From Solirubrobacterales bacterium (GTDB lineage: Bacteria > Actinomycetota > Thermoleophilia > Solirubrobacterales > 70-9), in assembly GCA_030152505.1 (NCBI GenBank), contig JASLJO010000088.1, positions 1-29,212 on the forward strand: a stretch of DNA of 29,212 nucleotides, in the 5' to 3' direction. Below the pieces are notes generated by a model. The model had not been told where the DNA came from, made no database searches, and saw nothing but the letters and a program-made list of their open reading frames with translations. The position numbers were made by a program, and so were the translations under genes. Positions 26,845 to 29,212 of this stretch are shown here, one piece after another. The stretch's first letter is position 1. Every line of letters begins with the position of its first letter.

Positions 26845-26892
26845 TAGCAAATAGTTGCTAAACAGGACTACTTGGTTGCAAATTTGTATCAA
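26845..26892. promoter_or_regulatory. Candidate HxlR-family operator(s) in divergent promoter
   Basis: Perfect TAGCAA-ATAG-TTGCTA (26845-26860); related boxes TAGTTGCTAA and TGGTTGCAAA; flanked by TAGGGT (-) and TAAACT (+) -10 boxes. Confidence 0.55.
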
Positions 26893-26910
26893 GTGTCTAA
26901 ACTGGTCCCG

Positions 26911-27576
26911 ATGGGAACGAAGCGTTCATACGGAGAGGCGTGCCGCTTCGCCCATGCGCTCGACCTCGTCGGCGAGCGCTGGGCGCTGTTGGTGGTGCGC
27001 GAGCTGCTGCTCGGCCCAAAGCGCTTCACCGACCTGCGCGAGGGGCTCCCCCACGCCAGCCCCAACATCCTCTCCGAGAGGTTGCGCGAGCTGGAACAGG
27101 CCGGTGTCCTCCATCGTCGCAAACTGCCGCCGCCGGCGGCAGCGCAGGTCTACGAGCTGACCGAGTGGGGTGCGGAGCTGGAGCCGGTCGTGACCGGGCT
27201 CGGCGCCTGGGGAGCGCGCTCGCCGGTCCCGCCCGAGCACCGCGAGATCGGCCCCGACTCGATCGTCCTCGCCCTGCGTTCCCTGTTCGACCCCAAGGCC
27301 GCGGGCGATCTGGCCGGGAGCTATGAGCTGCGTATCGGCGAGGACGCCTACCGCGTAGAGGTCGCCGACGGCGAACTGAAGCTGGGACGGAAACCGGCGG
27401 AGAGCCCCACGGTGACGGTCGCAGTCGAGGAGGCCGGGGCCTTGGCGGCGATCCTCACCCACGAGCTGCCGCTCGAGGCGGCGCTTGCCTCGGGTGCGGT
27501 GAAGCTCAAGGGCTCAAAGCGCGAGGCCTCGCGCTTCTTCCGCCTCTTCCCGATGCCCGAACCACAGCTCGCGTAA
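26911..27576 (+). CDS. HxlR-family winged-helix regulator with C-terminal SCP2-like domain
   Basis: C..AHALDLVGERWALLVVRELLLGPKRFTDL...YELTEWG; ATG 7 nt after TAAACT. Confidence 0.92.
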   Translation: MGTKRSYGEACRFAHALDLVGERWALLVVRELLLGPKRFTDLREGLPHASPNILSERLRELEQAGVLHRRKLPPPAAAQVYELTEWGAELEPVVTGLGAWGARSPVPPEHREIGPDSIVLALRSLFDPKAAGDLAGSYELRIGEDAYRVEVADGELKLGRKPAESPTVTVAVEEAGALAAILTHELPLEAALASGAVKLKGSKREASRFFRLFPMPEPQLA

Positions 27577-27617
27577 GACCGATCCCGGTAGGGGTGAAAC
27601 CCCTACCGGGATCGGTC
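27577..27617. terminator. Perfect 19 bp hairpin between convergent genes (bidirectional terminator)
   Basis: GACCGATCCCGGTAGGGGT-GAA-ACCCCTACCGGGATCGGTC. Confidence 0.85.
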
Positions 27618-27635
27618 CATATGGTTGGTCCTAGC

Positions 27636-28502
27636 TCATTTGGCAACCGGTCCGAGAATGGCGGCTGCCCCCGTCATCCCCGCCAGGTTGGGGTGGATCG
27701 GGGCCGCCGGGTTGGTCGGCACGACCGGCTCGACCCAGCGGGTCGAGGAACCCTTGCAGGCGTCGTGACCGATGCTGGCGTTGTACCAGTTGACCAGGGT
27801 CGCACCGTTGGCGGCGGCCTGCGTGGCGAGCATCGCGTTCAGTTCTTTCTCCTTCGAACGCAGGTAGGGAACATCCCCGAAGCCGATCGGCATCTGCGGC
27901 CAGCAGCCGAAGCCGGTCTCGGGGAAGATCGCCGCGTAGTTGACGACGAACACTTTGGCGCTCGGCGAGCGCGAGTGGATCCCCTGCAGGACCGCCGCGA
28001 CTTTGGGCGCCGTGGCCGCGATCCGTTCGGCGATCTGGTCTTTGCCGCCGGAGTCGTATTTGTCTTTGCACGGCGTGCTGAACGGGTTGACCGTGATGCA
28101 GCTCAGGGCGATTTCAGAGAAGCCGATGTCGTTGCCGCCGATCGTCAGCGACACGCGCGTCGTTTCGGCGTCGAGCGAGTCGAACTGCGGCGGGTTGGTG
28201 CCGAGTTCGGTTTCCTGGGGGCTGGTCATGTCGGTCGTGGTGGCACCGCTGCAGGTCGCGTCGCGCAGCGTCAGGCCGATCGTCGGCGCCACCAGGTGGG
28301 CGTAGTTGTGGTCGGATTTGAGGCAGCCGAGCGGCGCGATCTGGTTGGGGATGACCGGGCCGGCCGCGTAGGAGTCGCCGAGCGCAACGTAGTTCGCCGC
28401 GCGGGCGGCACCCGCGAAGGCGGCAAGCGACACCAACATCACGACCGCCACGACCGCGATGCGCCGCAACCGCCGTGGGCTGGACTGGATTGACTGGTTC
28501 AT
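27636..28502 (-). CDS. Secreted SGNH/GDSL lipase (Streptomyces-type)
   Basis: Signal peptide; YVALGDSYAAG, ATCSGA, TIGGNDIGF, GHDAC, IHPN. Confidence 0.93.
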   Translation of the reverse strand: MNQSIQSSPRRLRRIAVVAVVMLVSLAAFAGAARAANYVALGDSYAAGPVIPNQIAPLGCLKSDHNYAHLVAPTIGLTLRDATCSGATTTDMTSPQETELGTNPPQFDSLDAETTRVSLTIGGNDIGFSEIALSCITVNPFSTPCKDKYDSGGKDQIAERIAATAPKVAAVLQGIHSRSPSAKVFVVNYAAIFPETGFGCWPQMPIGFGDVPYLRSKEKELNAMLATQAAANGATLVNWYNASIGHDACKGSSTRWVEPVVPTNPAAPIHPNLAGMTGAAAILGPVAK

Positions 28503-28572
28503 CTCTCTCTCCTCTCGATTGGGATGCGTGGTAGAGGGAACGACGGCTCGCCCCTACCCATAGTTATCTAAG

Positions 28573-29212
28573 TTAATCCCGATCAATCGAAAATGCGGAC
28601 TGATGTGGACGTTTGGGTGGCTGCGGGCCGCGACGGCCGAAGCTGTGCCCCGCGGGGGCGACCTCGTCGAGCTGGGTGCGGCGCAGCTCGGTCACCTCGG
28701 AGACGAGGACGTTGGTGGTGCCTTCGCGGCGCTCGAGCCGGCCCTTGGCGCGAACGAGGGGCGAGGTGCGGACCTCGGCGCGGTGACGCTCGTAGATCGG
28801 CGGCGGCACGATCAGGTTGACCGTGCCCCGCTCGTCCTCGAGCAGCATGAAGACGATCCCCCTGGCCGTCTCCGGGCGCTGGCGGGCGACGACCATCCCC
28901 GCCACCTCGACGATCGCCCCGTCGTCGATCTCCTCCAGGTCGCTGCTGCGCGCCAGCTCGTCCCCCAGCTCGGCGCGCATCAACCCCATCGGATGCTCGC
29001 CAAGGGTCATCCCGGTCGAGCGGTAGTCGGCGATCGCCTCCCCCCACGCGCCCAGCGCCTCCAGCGCCGGCGCGCCTGGCGGCTCCAGCGGCAGCGCCAT
29101 CTGCGTCCCCTCCCCCTGCCGGCGCCCGGTCCCCACCACCCCCGCATCCCAAAGCGCCTCCCGCCTCCCCCCACCAGCGTGGTCGAGGTTTGATCCGCTA
29201 TCCGGTTCAAAC
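28573..29212 (-). CDS. dnaE2: Error-prone DNA polymerase DnaE2, 3' part (5' end outside window)
   Basis: RREALW...ADYRSTGMTLGEHPM...VAGMVVARQRPETARGIVFMLLEDERGTVNLIV (OB fold); frame open to window edge. Confidence 0.9.
   Translation of the reverse strand, partial: FEPDSGSNLDHAGGGRREALWDAGVVGTGRRQGEGTQMALPLEPPGAPALEALGAWGEAIADYRSTGMTLGEHPMGLMRAELGDELARSSDLEEIDDGAIVEVAGMVVARQRPETARGIVFMLLEDERGTVNLIVPPPIYERHRAEVRTSPLVRAKGRLERREGTTNVLVSEVTELRRTQLDEVAPAGHSFGRRGPQPPKRPHQSAFSIDRD
29179..29212. repeat. REP-like palindrome type A copy 3 (reverse orientation, cut by window edge), inside dnaE2 frame
   Basis: Reverse complement GTTTGAACCGG-ATAG-CGGATCAAACCTCGACCAC closely matches 18910-18943. Confidence 0.85.

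Noticed and set aside
4423..26861. Long antisense or alternate-frame ORFs (4423-6126, 6641-8140, 9864-10979, 17060-18553, 18911-20551, 25206-26861 and others)
   Set aside because: Shadow ORFs expected in high-GC DNA; they overlap genes with clear family motifs and have low-complexity Arg/Gly/Ala content.
27577..27617. Perfect 19 bp hairpin as a member of the ATAG-loop family
   Set aside because: GAA loop and arms share no clear sequence with the family; position between convergent genes fits a terminator.
9266..29212. Palindromic repeats as a CRISPR array or integron attC array
   Set aside because: Copies are kilobases apart, variable in sequence and orientation; no regular spacers, cas genes, integrase or attC RYYYAAC/GTTRRRY ends.

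Overview
High-GC actinobacterial chromosome segment; gene content and style suggest Thermoleophilia/Solirubrobacterales (inference, no marker gene present). It holds about 35 mostly single-gene or small-operon accessory CDSs: DUF1801, DUF2867, DCC-type oxidoreductase, a Cys-free DksA/TraR-like protein, two methyltransferases, cNMP-TrxB-like reductase, FGE/SUMF1-like, NlpC/P60, SRPBCC, PdxH-like, vWA, DEAD-box helicase operon, two SGNH hydrolases, BacA-like protein, alpha/beta-hydrolase-adenylate cyclase, PadR + FAD oxidoreductase + ABC-2 exporter, VOC, DHA2 MFS + HxlR-SCP2, and the 3' end of dnaE2. I found no rRNA, tRNA, CRISPR array, transposase or integrase. The most unusual signals are: (i) a dispersed family of ~42-49 bp imperfect palindromes with an ATAG-centred loop, one copy of which reads in frame inside dnaE2; (ii) frequent leaderless promoters (TANNNT 6-7 nt before a start codon), two of which point to unannotated uORFs translationally coupled to an efflux pump (MTTTTRRRRPR) and to a methyltransferase; (iii) an orphan two-gene cassette behind an AT-rich regulatory region; (iv) a DEAD-helicase / Zn-finger-HTH / DMT operon with a structured leader. 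All protein family calls are from motif recognition only, not database searches.
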